Shown: positions 39,513 through 48,968 of the stretch, piece after piece | Position numbering within the stretch: position 1 is the first letter of the stretch | Layout: each line of letters begins with the position of its first letter | Source of the DNA: Minisyncoccia bacterium | Lineage (GTDB): Bacteria; Patescibacteriota; Minisyncoccia; Phycocordibacterales; UBA9973 | Direction of reading: 5' to 3' | NCBI GenBank assembly: GCA_041737125.1 | Contig: JBGSSJ010000014.1 | Location: 1,533-65,532, forward strand | Length of the DNA: 64,000 nucleotides | The notes under the pieces: generated by a model | Databases searched by the model: none | What the model was told of the DNA's origin: nothing | What the model saw: only the letters and a program-made list of their open reading frames with translations | Made by a program: the position numbers and the translations under genes

Positions 39513-39872
39513 TTATTCACGATAATCTTCGATAACTTTCACACTTTCATTATCAAAGTATTCCATATGGTTCTCTTCTTTTCTTTTTGCAAAGAGAATT
39601 TGCGAATATAAACGAGGTGCGTCTTTGGCGCGAGAAATAGTAATGTGTGGGTATTTATTTGTTGATTTAGGATTTTCAACCAAAAGGTCGTCCCCATATT
39701 CATCATACACTCTGCCGATAATTTTAATTTTTGATTCTTTACCAGTTTCTACTCCATTTAAATCATTTGGGTTAAATTCAATAGTAGAATGGTCACCAAA
39801 AATTACCTCATGCTTCGGGGGGAATCTTTTAAGTAAATCTTCTACATCTTTTACAAAAAGTGCGGTGTACAT
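39513..39872 (-). CDS. 2H phosphoesterase-like protein
   Basis: Two HxT motifs: DHSTI and PHITI. Confidence 0.6.
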   Translation of the reverse strand: MYTALFVKDVEDLLKRFPPKHEVIFGDHSTIEFNPNDLNGVETGKESKIKIIGRVYDEYGDDLLVENPKSTNKYPHITISRAKDAPRLYSQILFAKRKEENHMEYFDNESVKVIEDYRE

Positions 39873-39888
39873 ATTTATACTATTATTG

Positions 39889-39974
39889 CGGAGGCGGTGA
39901 GATTCGAACTCACGGTCCTTTAAGGGGACGACGGTTTAGTAAACCGTTGATTTAAACCACTCATCCACGCCTCC
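39889..39974 (-). tRNA. tRNA-Ser(ACU)
   Basis: Minus strand GGAGGCG/CGCCTCC+G; anticodon arm ACGGT-TTACTAA-ACCGT; long variable arm; T-loop TTCGAAT. Confidence 0.9.
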
Positions 39975-40097
39975 ATTGCTTCGCTCATTTAATTACAATA
40001 TAAACTCCAATTTTCATATACTAGCACAATATATACACTGAAACAAAGAAGTTTTTGAGTAAATATACTAAATATGATAAGGTGTAAAAGTATTAAA

Positions 40098-40186
40098 GGA
40101 GACGTGTCAGAGTGGTCTAACGTACCTCTTTGCTAAAGAGGCAGGGGCTTCAAACCCCCTCGCGAGTTCGAATCTCGCCGTCTCCG
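40098..40186 (+). tRNA. tRNA-Ser(GCU)
   Basis: GGAGACG/CGTCTCC+G; CCTCT-TTGCTAA-AGAGG; long variable arm; TTCGAAT. Confidence 0.95.
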
Positions 40187-40273
40187 CATTAAATCGGATT
40201 AAAATTATCTACCGCTACTCTTTATTCTTGTATCAGTATATAATATAGATATTAGAAATTAATTATATTTTTT

Positions 40274-40444
40274 ATGTTATTTATTCAAACATTAATACAG
40301 ACTATATGGGCCTCCATCCTAGCCCTAGGTATCTTACAAGTAGTAATTATTATCATAGTGATAGGTCTTCTCTCTAGAGCTCACTCAATGCTAGGATTAC
40401 TAGGGGTTGTTATCTTCATTGCTTATCTATTGGGTTGGATTTAG
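40274..40444 (+). CDS. Small hydrophobic protein (56 aa)
   Basis: MLFIQTLIQTIWASILALGILQVVIIIIVIGLLSRAHSMLGLLGVVIFIAYLLGWI*, followed by a terminator. Confidence 0.55.
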   Translation: MLFIQTLIQTIWASILALGILQVVIIIIVIGLLSRAHSMLGLLGVVIFIAYLLGWI

Positions 40445-40448
40445 GAAT

Positions 40449-40480
40449 AAAAAAAGGGGACTCCGAAAGGAGTCCTTTTT
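40449..40480. terminator. Bidirectional terminator
   Basis: AAAAAGGGGACTCC-GAAA-GGAGTCCTTTTT. Confidence 0.8.
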
Positions 40481-40485
40481 CTTTT

Positions 40486-40824
40486 TTATAAATTACTATC
40501 CTTTTTTATGGGGATTTTTATCCTGTCGAACACAACATAACCATTGAAGCAGAAGGTGGAACCTTCTTTAATAAAGAATCGAGCCCCTGGACTAAGGCCT
40601 ATTACTTTCTCTTTGTCTCCTTCTTTGATTATTATTTCGCTTCTTTTATCAATTACAGTGACAATAAGAATTATCATCTTGCAGTCAAGTGAAGGAAAAT
40701 CATGAGTATGTGTTTTCACTATTATTCTGTGCATTTGTGTATCCGTAGCCTTCATCCATATATATTCTTCTTTATCGTATAGGCCGCAATTATCACGCTC
40801 CAAATAAATTTCAGGTGTTTCCAT
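40486..40824 (-). CDS. Hypothetical protein
   Basis: 112-aa ORF ending at the terminator. Confidence 0.55.
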   Translation of the reverse strand: METPEIYLERDNCGLYDKEEYIWMKATDTQMHRIIVKTHTHDFPSLDCKMIILIVTVIDKRSEIIIKEGDKEKVIGLSPGARFFIKEGSTFCFNGYVVFDRIKIPIKKDSNL

Positions 40825-40914
40825 ATTAAATTTTTCCTACATACTAATATATCCCAGTCGATAAGTCTACTTTCAGTACTTAGTTATTCAAATTATTGTG
40901 GTATAATATAAAAT

Positions 40915-41046
40915 ATGCAAAATAAGACGAAATACTATTGGGTAATTATTGTTATTTTTATGTTGCTAAACATTGGAGTTTTCATGTTATTTTCCAATAA
41001 ATTAGGTAATCTAGTTGTAGACTATAGTACTAATCCTAGCCTTTAA
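40915..41046 (+). CDS. Small single-TM protein (43 aa)
   Basis: MQNKTKYYWVIIVIFMLLNIGVFMLFSNKLGNLVVDYSTNPSL*; TATAAT just upstream. Confidence 0.5.
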   Translation: MQNKTKYYWVIIVIFMLLNIGVFMLFSNKLGNLVVDYSTNPSL

Positions 41047-41056
41047 TACTACTCGA

Positions 41057-41581
41057 ATGAATCAAAAGATTAAGTTGACTAGAAGTCAAAGAATTAAAAA
41101 GAATATATGGAAATTCCTATATCCTATGTTCCCTTGGGTTCAGAAGCATTTCCTCAAATGGCACTTAGTCTGGCACGAGAAAGGTCGCCAGCCTTACCAT
41201 ATAGGGTGGCTAGCACCTGGGAAAACATTACAAGACTTAGAGAAGCACTTGCACGAGAAGTGGAACTTCGGGAATCATTTCGTGGCTTGGACTGATAATG
41301 GACAGGTACTTTCTTGGCGCAAGCTCGAGAATTTCGATTTGCAGTACCACATACGAGTATTCCAAGATGGGGAAGTCAGAGGTCACCATGAGTACACTCC
41401 AGAGAGTAAGCCAGTAGATCACTTCATAGAGATAAATGAAGAGCCAAGAATAGAAGACTTTAAGAAATTTTTAGGAGAATTTATAGTAGAAGATAAATAT
41501 GAATCCCATCTTGTTCCCGATGTGAATACTGCACCAGAATCTGAACTTACCATAGATCAGGGTCTTACTGTTGATAAGTAA
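41057..41581 (+). CDS. Hypothetical protein
   Basis: 174 aa; QYHIRVF.DGEVRGHHEYTPE. Confidence 0.75.
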   Translation: MNQKIKLTRSQRIKKNIWKFLYPMFPWVQKHFLKWHLVWHEKGRQPYHIGWLAPGKTLQDLEKHLHEKWNFGNHFVAWTDNGQVLSWRKLENFDLQYHIRVFQDGEVRGHHEYTPESKPVDHFIEINEEPRIEDFKKFLGEFIVEDKYESHLVPDVNTAPESELTIDQGLTVDK

Positions 41582-41737
41582 TAATTGGTGTATTTTAAAT
41601 GTGTGATATACTATCCTTGTGGGTCGTTTACTAAACTCATAACTTATAAATCTATGTTAAAAGGTGAAGGACATTAAAATGTTTATGTTTATTATATAAA
41701 AGACAGCGCAAGCTGTCTTTTGTTATAATGATTAAGT

Positions 41738-42925
41738 ATGAAGAAAGATAAAGATATTAAAAATAATAGATGCTTTTATTGTGGCGAAGCGCCAGTTAAC
41801 CACTTCCTGTATAAGATTGAGAATTTCATAACTTCAGTTTTCGAGCCACATATGCTCTCTGTTGCCAATCACGCACCTAAATTCTTAAAAGATTTCGCTG
41901 ATTTTATTCCTGTTTCCCTTTTAAAAATACTCATAGCTTTAGGTCTTGCCCGCTTTTCCTCGGATATAGAGAAAGCGAACTCTTTCAGGTCAAAAGTAAT
42001 ATGGGAAGAAGCCAAAAGACGTAATATTCATATGGATCAAGTTGTCCTAGGGAATAGATATATTGATTGGTATCGCGCATTTTTGAATGGTAAGACTATT
42101 TATTTTGAAAGTATACCAATTCAATCCGAGTTTCTCGAATCTAAAATGAATTGGGATGATAAAATTATTCTAAAAAATGAATTAAAGAAGAATAGTATTC
42201 CAGTTCCAGATTACGAGGAACTTTCTATCTTTAGTTTTAAGAACTTGAACAATGTTTTCAGTAAATTTAATACACCGGTAATAATAAAACCGAAGTTGGG
42301 TTCTCGTGCGCGACATACAGTGACAAATATAAGTAATATTGATCAGTTCAAGCTCGGCATAAAAGTTGCCCGTAAAATTTCCACACATTTAGTTATAGAA
42401 GAGCATTTATACGGGTCTATTTGTAGGGCAACCATTGTAGGGGGCGTACTTGCGGGTTTTTATAGTGGTACAGTTCCTACAATAAGAGGCGATGGTAATA
42501 ATACTATTGCACAATTAATACAAATAAAAAATCATGGGAAAATTAAGAAATATCACATACTTCTTAATGAGGAACTGACGGATCATATATTAAGACTTGG
42601 TTTTACTGTCGATGATATATTGCCTAAAGATAAAGAATTAACATTATCACATAGGAGAGGGCAGCTTTTCGGAGGAGATACAAAGGAGATGATCGATGAA
42701 TTGCACCCGAGCTTCGTTCCTATATTAGAAAAGGCAGCAAGGGTGACTGGTTTATCAGTACTAGGTTTCGATTGTATTATTCCTGACCCTACCAAAGACG
42801 AGAGTGCTCAAAGATGGGGGATTATAGAGTGCAACACTCTTCCATTTATAGATATGCATTACTATGCATTAGAGGGTAAGCCGCGCAATATAGCTGGTAT
42901 GATATGGGATCTATGGGGTAACTAA
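41738..42925 (+). CDS. ATP-grasp ligase, cyanophycin synthetase/GshAB-like domain
   Basis: DDKIILK..L....IPVP, IIKPKLGS, IEEHL.G...R, GDG..TI..LI, LGFDCII, IIECNTLP. Confidence 0.8.
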   Translation: MKKDKDIKNNRCFYCGEAPVNHFLYKIENFITSVFEPHMLSVANHAPKFLKDFADFIPVSLLKILIALGLARFSSDIEKANSFRSKVIWEEAKRRNIHMDQVVLGNRYIDWYRAFLNGKTIYFESIPIQSEFLESKMNWDDKIILKNELKKNSIPVPDYEELSIFSFKNLNNVFSKFNTPVIIKPKLGSRARHTVTNISNIDQFKLGIKVARKISTHLVIEEHLYGSICRATIVGGVLAGFYSGTVPTIRGDGNNTIAQLIQIKNHGKIKKYHILLNEELTDHILRLGFTVDDILPKDKELTLSHRRGQLFGGDTKEMIDELHPSFVPILEKAARVTGLSVLGFDCIIPDPTKDESAQRWGIIECNTLPFIDMHYYALEGKPRNIAGMIWDLWGN

Positions 42926-43596
42926 TGTGCTATAACAAAGCCTACGACCTTCTTTACACCGTTTTGTCTTAGAACTTTCATTATTTCATTTAATGTTCCA
43001 CCTGTTGTAGTAACATCGTCTATGACTATCACAGTGCGTCCTTTTATAAATTCACCTTTATACATACCAAACGTATTTTTAATATTATTTAACCTATCTA
43101 CTCTGTTACTAATTCTTGCCTGTGGCTTTGTTTCAAATTTTTTATAAACAACATCATTCCTTAATTCAAATATCCCTTTTTCACTAGAATTAATAAAACC
43201 TTTTGCTATTACTTCTGCTTGATTATATCCACGATTCCTCATTTTCTTTTTGGATATTGGGGTAGGAATGACAAGTATTGGTTTACCAATTGTGTATGTT
43301 CTTATGTCTGATATTTCTTCTATTGTATTTTCGTATAGTAATTTACCCAGTTTGTGACCTATGTTTAAACGATGGTAATACTTCAGGTTCCAGATAGCTT
43401 TTTTAATTAAAGGGTCTCTATAATCATAAATAGCTATGATATTACTTTCTGTCTCACGCTCTGCTTGTGGTATTTTTAGGACACATATTTCACATATTGT
43501 TTCACTTTGTTTTCCACAGCCGAGACAGTTCTCGGGGAATAATATATCTAATATTTGCAACCTAATATATTTGAATAAATTAATTGCCTTTTCCAT
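42922..43596 (-). CDS. comF: ComF family competence protein
   Basis: FPENCLGC...CEIC, RGYNQAE, VIDDVTTTGGT. Confidence 0.92.
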   Translation of the reverse strand: MEKAINLFKYIRLQILDILFPENCLGCGKQSETICEICVLKIPQAERETESNIIAIYDYRDPLIKKAIWNLKYYHRLNIGHKLGKLLYENTIEEISDIRTYTIGKPILVIPTPISKKKMRNRGYNQAEVIAKGFINSSEKGIFELRNDVVYKKFETKPQARISNRVDRLNNIKNTFGMYKGEFIKGRTVIVIDDVTTTGGTLNEIMKVLRQNGVKKVVGFVIAH

Positions 43597-43637
43597 GCCT
43601 TATTTTACTATAGCTGTGATATAATAGTTAGTATACT

Positions 43638-44777
43638 ATGGATAATTCACTAAAGACAATTATAGACTCAGGACTAGCAAGTTTATCCAAGGCTTTTAGT
43701 TCTAACAAGTCCTCTGAAAGCGCCTTAGGTATTGATATAGGATCTTCTTCTATAAAAGTTGTTCAGCTGAAAAAGAAAGGAGGTAAAGCAGTTCTCGAGA
43801 CTTATGGAGCGCTCGCTCTTGGTCCTTATGGCAACACTGCTGTAGGAACAGTCACGAACTTAGATACAGATAATATTTCTAAAGCTCTTATTGATGTAAT
43901 GAAGGAGTCAAATATCACAACGAATATGGGTGTTGTGGCCATACCTTCATCTTCTAGTCTTATATTTACTATTACATTACCAGGGAAAGTAACTGAAGCT
44001 GATTTACCACGCATAGTTCCTACGGAAGCACGCAAATACATACCGGTACCTATATCAGAAGTTAGCCTTGATTGGTTCATGGTTCCTCAAGAAGTCCTAC
44101 TATCAAGTGATCAATCATCCGATGATAAAGTTCCTGAGGCCAAGGTAGAGGTCCTCGTGGTGGCTATACACAATGACATCCTCTCTAAATATCAAGAGGT
44201 TCTTACAAAAACACAACTACGATCAGATTCTTTTGAAATGGAAATATTCAGTAATATTCGTTCATCTTTTGATTATGATCTTGCTCCTGTAATGTTTATG
44301 GATTTTGGAGCATCAAAGACGAAATTATTTATTGTTGAAGCCGGAGTAGTCAGAGTATTCCATGTTGTTAATCGTGGATCTCAGGATATTACGAAAAATA
44401 TTTCTTCATCTCTCGGTATATCTTTTGACGAAGCAGAGAAATTGAAAAGATCAGTAGGTTTAGACTCTTCGAAGAACAGTGAAGCAGCAGATATTGCTCG
44501 CTTGTCAGTAGATTATATTTTTGGGGATACGAATACTGTTGTGCTTACTTACCAGAAGAAGTATAATAAGACCATAAGTAAAGTTGTTATGATTGGTGGT
44601 GGTGCATTGCTCCGTGGTTTGCTTGAAAAAGCAAAAGAAAGTTTACACAATGAGCAAGTAGTTTATGGTGATCCATTTAGTAGAACAGAAGCCCCAGCTT
44701 TTTTGAAACAAATACTAGAAATAAGTGGGCCGGAGTTTTCAGTTGCTGTGGGGCTCGCGCTTCGTCAGTTGTCATAA
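43638..44777 (+). CDS. pilM: Type IV pilus assembly protein PilM
   Basis: GIDIGSSSIKVV, EARKYIP, DFGASKT, GGGALL, AVGLALR. Confidence 0.93.
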   Translation: MDNSLKTIIDSGLASLSKAFSSNKSSESALGIDIGSSSIKVVQLKKKGGKAVLETYGALALGPYGNTAVGTVTNLDTDNISKALIDVMKESNITTNMGVVAIPSSSSLIFTITLPGKVTEADLPRIVPTEARKYIPVPISEVSLDWFMVPQEVLLSSDQSSDDKVPEAKVEVLVVAIHNDILSKYQEVLTKTQLRSDSFEMEIFSNIRSSFDYDLAPVMFMDFGASKTKLFIVEAGVVRVFHVVNRGSQDITKNISSSLGISFDEAEKLKRSVGLDSSKNSEAADIARLSVDYIFGDTNTVVLTYQKKYNKTISKVVMIGGGALLRGLLEKAKESLHNEQVVYGDPFSRTEAPAFLKQILEISGPEFSVAVGLALRQLS

Positions 44778-44788
44778 TAATATAAAAT

Positions 44789-45547
44789 ATGGATAATTCA
44801 TTTCAAACATCTTTCATACCCAAGAAACCGATCACAAGTGTCGGAGGTAGAACTAATAGTGGAGCACCGACTAGTCTATTTACTGTTATGGCTATTATTG
44901 TCCTCATAGTGGTAGGAGGAGCTTCTGCTGGTCTTTATTTGTATAAGAATTATTTAACCAAAGAAGTAGAATCATTATCTGCCTCATTAAAGATAGTAAG
45001 AGATTCATTTGAAGAGGGGACAATCGAAGAGCTTTCTTTGTATGACAAAAGGATTGATTCTTCTAGATTACTCTTATCTAATCACATTGTTCTCTCACCT
45101 ATGTTCGAGAAATTGGGTACTCTAACACTACCAACAATACAGTATACAAATTTTGAACATAGTTTGAATGGCGATATTTTCTCTGTAAAGATGGCAGGTA
45201 TTGCTTCGGATTACAAATCTATTGCACTACAAGCTAATGTTTTTAACGCAGACAAGGGCCGTTATTTCAAGAATGTAGTTTTCTCTAATTTAGTAAAAGA
45301 TAAAAACAATAAAGTTAAATTCAATATTGAATTCGATATAGATAAGTCCTTAATGTCATATGTAGAAAACAATAAAATAAATGCCAATAATAAAGCTATA
45401 CAATCCTCAAGTAAAGAACCAGCACCTGCACCTGCAGTACCAGTAAGTAACACACCCCAAGGAGGAGTGGGTACAGGAGCTCCAATTGAAGGAACAACTC
45501 TGCCAGGCATAACAACACCAAAAGAAATTAACACACAACAACCATAA
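44789..45547 (+). CDS. PilN-like protein
   Basis: SFIPKK N-terminal motif, one TM; follows pilM. Confidence 0.65.
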   Translation: MDNSFQTSFIPKKPITSVGGRTNSGAPTSLFTVMAIIVLIVVGGASAGLYLYKNYLTKEVESLSASLKIVRDSFEEGTIEELSLYDKRIDSSRLLLSNHIVLSPMFEKLGTLTLPTIQYTNFEHSLNGDIFSVKMAGIASDYKSIALQANVFNADKGRYFKNVVFSNLVKDKNNKVKFNIEFDIDKSLMSYVENNKINANNKAIQSSSKEPAPAPAVPVSNTPQGGVGTGAPIEGTTLPGITTPKEINTQQP

Positions 45548-45551
45548 TATT

Positions 45552-46166
45552 ATGAAATTCATTTTTTCTATATCAATTCTAATAATTTCCGGAGTATTAT
45601 TTTTTGTAATAACAAATCCTTTGTATGGTGATATTAAAAAGGTGCGCAAAGAAGTGGAAGTTTATAATACTGCATTAGATAATTCTAAGGAGTTACAAGT
45701 TAGGCGTGATGAGCTGATGAAGAACTACAAAAGTGTAAAAAAGGTGGATATGGATAGGCTTGAGAGCTTCCTACCAAACACAGTTAATAACATCAAGTTC
45801 ATTCTCGAAGTTGAGCGTATTGCCAATCTGCACGGTATGGCTATAGAAGACATTAAATTCGATTCTATAAAGCTAGACGAAACCAAAGATAATACAACAG
45901 GAGAAGATTCTATGCTTATAGTATCAGATACTTCTGAGTCTCTACCTTATGGAGTATTCCCTGTAGAATTTTCTACCGAGGGAAAATATGAGACGTTCAT
46001 TAGTTTCCTTAAAGATTTGGAGTATAATTTACGTCTTATAGATGTAAAATCTGTTATATTTACTGTACCTGAAGTCTTAGATACTAAAGCGGTTCCAGGA
46101 GAAGACAGGAAGGATCCTACTATATATAGATATACTTTAAAAGTAGAAACGTATTGGCTTAAATAA
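45552..46166 (+). CDS. pilO: PilO-like protein
   Basis: TM, coiled coil, FLP, GKYETFISFLKDLE.NLRLIDV. Confidence 0.75.
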   Translation: MKFIFSISILIISGVLFFVITNPLYGDIKKVRKEVEVYNTALDNSKELQVRRDELMKNYKSVKKVDMDRLESFLPNTVNNIKFILEVERIANLHGMAIEDIKFDSIKLDETKDNTTGEDSMLIVSDTSESLPYGVFPVEFSTEGKYETFISFLKDLEYNLRLIDVKSVIFTVPEVLDTKAVPGEDRKDPTIYRYTLKVETYWLK

Positions 46167-46167
46167 T

Positions 46168-46794
46168 ATGAAAAACACATTTAAAAAATTATTAACTACA
46201 TTTTCGATACTACTTATTCTAGTAGGTATTTATACCTATTTTTCTAATACCTTAGACATAATTGCCGTAGATGAACCAGCCCTTTCTTCTTCGGAAGGTA
46301 GTGAAGCGACCATGTCTGGTGAAGACAAAACTGCACAAGATACAGCTTTTATATATACTCTTACATCTCTTAATACTCTCAAGGTAGACACATCTATCTT
46401 CTCAGATGTTTTGTTTAGGAATTTGAGAGACAATTCCATTTCATTGGGTGAAGCAAGTAGTGTCGGTAGAGAGAACCCATTCTTACCTATCAATGGATTA
46501 CCAAATGCTCCGAAACAAGCTCCAGTTATGAATGGAGGCGAACAAATAATAGATAAAACAGCAGTTCTAAATGGTGCTGTCGAGAGTACCCTAGGAGTAA
46601 CGAATGTTTATTTCGAATATGGTACTACTGAAGCTTTGGGCAAGGTTACACCACAAGCAAAGCTCTCCCTAATAGGATCATTTAGTTCGACTATTACAGG
46701 ACTTGCACCCAAGACTACTTATTACTATCGATCAGTTGCTCGTATTGATGGTGTGCTTAATTATGGAGAGATAACTTCTTTCACAACTAAGTAA
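46168..46794 (+). CDS. Pilus-locus protein (GRENPF motif, C-terminal Fn3-like domain)
   Basis: TM; VGRENPF; YFEYGTT...ITGLAPKTTYYYR. Confidence 0.65.
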   Translation: MKNTFKKLLTTFSILLILVGIYTYFSNTLDIIAVDEPALSSSEGSEATMSGEDKTAQDTAFIYTLTSLNTLKVDTSIFSDVLFRNLRDNSISLGEASSVGRENPFLPINGLPNAPKQAPVMNGGEQIIDKTAVLNGAVESTLGVTNVYFEYGTTEALGKVTPQAKLSLIGSFSSTITGLAPKTTYYYRSVARIDGVLNYGEITSFTTK

Positions 46795-46795
46795 T

Positions 46796-48532
46796 ATGAT
46801 AATTCTTGATGAATTAGTTAAAGCAAATATTCTAACAGAAGAGCAAATACCAGAAGTTCTAAAGATTGCAAATGAGAAATACGCTGGTAATATAGACGAT
46901 GCTCTTCTTGATTTAAAAGTAGATGAAGACAGAATTCTTAAGATAAAAGAAGTCTTTTTCAATATTCCAAGCAAAGAAGTTGATCCGAGGAATGTAGCAT
47001 CAGAATTATATAAATTGTTCCCACTAGATGCTGTAAAAATGTATAGATTCTTACCAATCGGATTTACAGATTCAATACTTGAGATTGGTATAGTTGACCC
47101 CGAGAATACTCAGTCAGTCGATGCCATAACCTTTATCACAGCCAAGCTCGATAAGCCTTTTAAGATTTTTCTTATAAAGAATTCAACCTTTAGAAATCTA
47201 TTAGACCATTATAATGGTCTCGATACTCAAGTAGGAGAAGCTCTCTCTGAGCTCGATGAAGAGATAGATAATAGTAAAGACGCAGGTGTAACCATAGAAT
47301 CTATCAAAAAAGCATCAGATACACTAAAGCCTGGCGAAGAAGAGAAGATCGTTGAAGATGCCCCTATTATCAAGATAGTAGCAGTTATACTTCGCCATGC
47401 AACAGAAGGACTTGCTTCTGATATACACATAGAGAATGTCGGAGACAAAGTGAAAGTTCGCTTCCGTGTAGATGGAGTACTCCATACTTCACTAGAATTA
47501 CCCATTAATGTATATAATGGAGTAATTGCTCGTATCAAAATTCTAGCCAAGCTTCGCTTAGATGAGAAGCGTAAGCCTCAAGACGGAGGAATCTCTGCGA
47601 AAATAAATGGAAGAAAAATTGATTTCCGCGTATCTACTATGCCGTCCTACTATGGAGAGAAGATAGTTATGCGTATTCTTGATTCAGAAAAAGGTGTTCA
47701 GAAGCTAGATAACTTGAATATGTCGCCCGAGAATATGAAGCTCGTACGTGAAGCATTGAATAAGCCTTATGGACTAGTCCTTATTACAGGTCCAACAGGT
47801 TCAGGTAAGACAACAACACTATATTCCATGCTAAATGAACTCGATTTCGAAGGGAAGAACATTGTCTCCCTTGAAGACCCAGTAGAGTACCAGATAAGTG
47901 GGATAAACCAGTCACAGATAATGCCTGAGATTGGTTATACATTTGCGTCAGGTCTTCGTTCTATACTTCGTCAAGACCCAGATATTATATACGTGGGAGA
48001 AATCCGAGATAAGGAAACAGCAGAGCTTGCTATTCAAGCTGCTCTTACAGGACACCTAGTATTCTCTACTCTACACACGAATTCTGCTATTGGTGCTATT
48101 CCTCGCCTAGTAGATATGGGAATAGACCCTTATCTTATAGCTCCTACTCTCGTTCTCTGTATTGCTCAGCGTCTGGCTCGTAAAATCTATCCTACTTCAA
48201 AGCATGAAATTCCTATGGATGAATCTACAAAAAGAATGATTGATACACAATTTGCAGATTTACCTAAAGAATATAAAGATAGCCTAAATATTGGTAATAC
48301 TATGTATGAAGCTGTGTCTTCACCCGAGTGTTCATCTGGGCTCCGCGGGCGTATGGCTATATTTGAAATGTTTAGTATTGATAAAGAATTACAACAGATC
48401 ATACTCAACAAGCCCCAAGAACAAGAAATATACAAAGTTGTGCGTTCTCGTGGGATGTTGTCTATTCGCGAAGACGCTATAGTTAAAAGTTTGCAAGGTC
48501 ATATACCAATGCAGGAAGTTTATAACTTCTAG
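46796..48532 (+). CDS. pilB: Type IV pilus assembly ATPase PilB/GspE
   Basis: ASDIHIE, GPTGSGKTTTLY, LRQDPDII.VGEIRD, TGHLVFSTLH. Confidence 0.95.
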   Translation: MIILDELVKANILTEEQIPEVLKIANEKYAGNIDDALLDLKVDEDRILKIKEVFFNIPSKEVDPRNVASELYKLFPLDAVKMYRFLPIGFTDSILEIGIVDPENTQSVDAITFITAKLDKPFKIFLIKNSTFRNLLDHYNGLDTQVGEALSELDEEIDNSKDAGVTIESIKKASDTLKPGEEEKIVEDAPIIKIVAVILRHATEGLASDIHIENVGDKVKVRFRVDGVLHTSLELPINVYNGVIARIKILAKLRLDEKRKPQDGGISAKINGRKIDFRVSTMPSYYGEKIVMRILDSEKGVQKLDNLNMSPENMKLVREALNKPYGLVLITGPTGSGKTTTLYSMLNELDFEGKNIVSLEDPVEYQISGINQSQIMPEIGYTFASGLRSILRQDPDIIYVGEIRDKETAELAIQAALTGHLVFSTLHTNSAIGAIPRLVDMGIDPYLIAPTLVLCIAQRLARKIYPTSKHEIPMDESTKRMIDTQFADLPKEYKDSLNIGNTMYEAVSSPECSSGLRGRMAIFEMFSIDKELQQIILNKPQEQEIYKVVRSRGMLSIREDAIVKSLQGHIPMQEVYNF

Positions 48533-48574
48533 TACAGTAGGAAAAGCTTTATTAATGTATTATAATATTTATAT

Positions 48575-48964
48575 ATGGAATCCAAAAAGAAAATTTTGAT
48601 TATTGATGATGATAGTTTCTTGCTTGATATGTATGCATTGAAGTTCAATCAGGCGAATTTTGATGTGCACACCTCACTTGGGCCAGAGCCTGCATTAGAA
48701 TTACTACACGGTGGCTTCGTTCCAGATATTATACTCCTTGATATAGTGATGCCTGTTATGGACGGCTTTGAATTTATGGAGAAATTAAAAGAAGAGAAAT
48801 TATCTCAAACTTCTATCATCATAATACTTTCAAATAGAGGGCAACCTTCAGATATTGCTCGCGGTGAATCCCTTGGTGCTTCTGGTTATATTATAAAAGC
48901 ATCCAGCACTCCTTCGGAAGTCATCAAGAAAGTAAATGAAATTATTAACGACGTAAATAAATAA
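48575..48964 (+). CDS. Stand-alone response regulator receiver
   Basis: ILIIDDD, DIILLDIVMP.MDG, LSN, GASGYIIK. Confidence 0.93.
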   Translation: MESKKKILIIDDDSFLLDMYALKFNQANFDVHTSLGPEPALELLHGGFVPDIILLDIVMPVMDGFEFMEKLKEEKLSQTSIIIILSNRGQPSDIARGESLGASGYIIKASSTPSEVIKKVNEIINDVNK

Positions 48965-48968
48965 TAAT

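Noticed and set aside
41600-41722. Promoter-like site, ~100 nt and a terminator as a small RNA
   Set aside because: No convincing internal structure; it may simply be the 3' UTR of the upstream gene
41738-42925. Full cyanophycin synthetase
   Set aside because: Only the ATP-grasp portion is present; no Mur-ligase domain or cyanophycinase nearby
46982-46991. GATCCGAGGA in pilB as a third copy of the palindromic element
   Set aside because: Only 10 nt match, with no GTCTGGCC partner, no arms and no protein insertion
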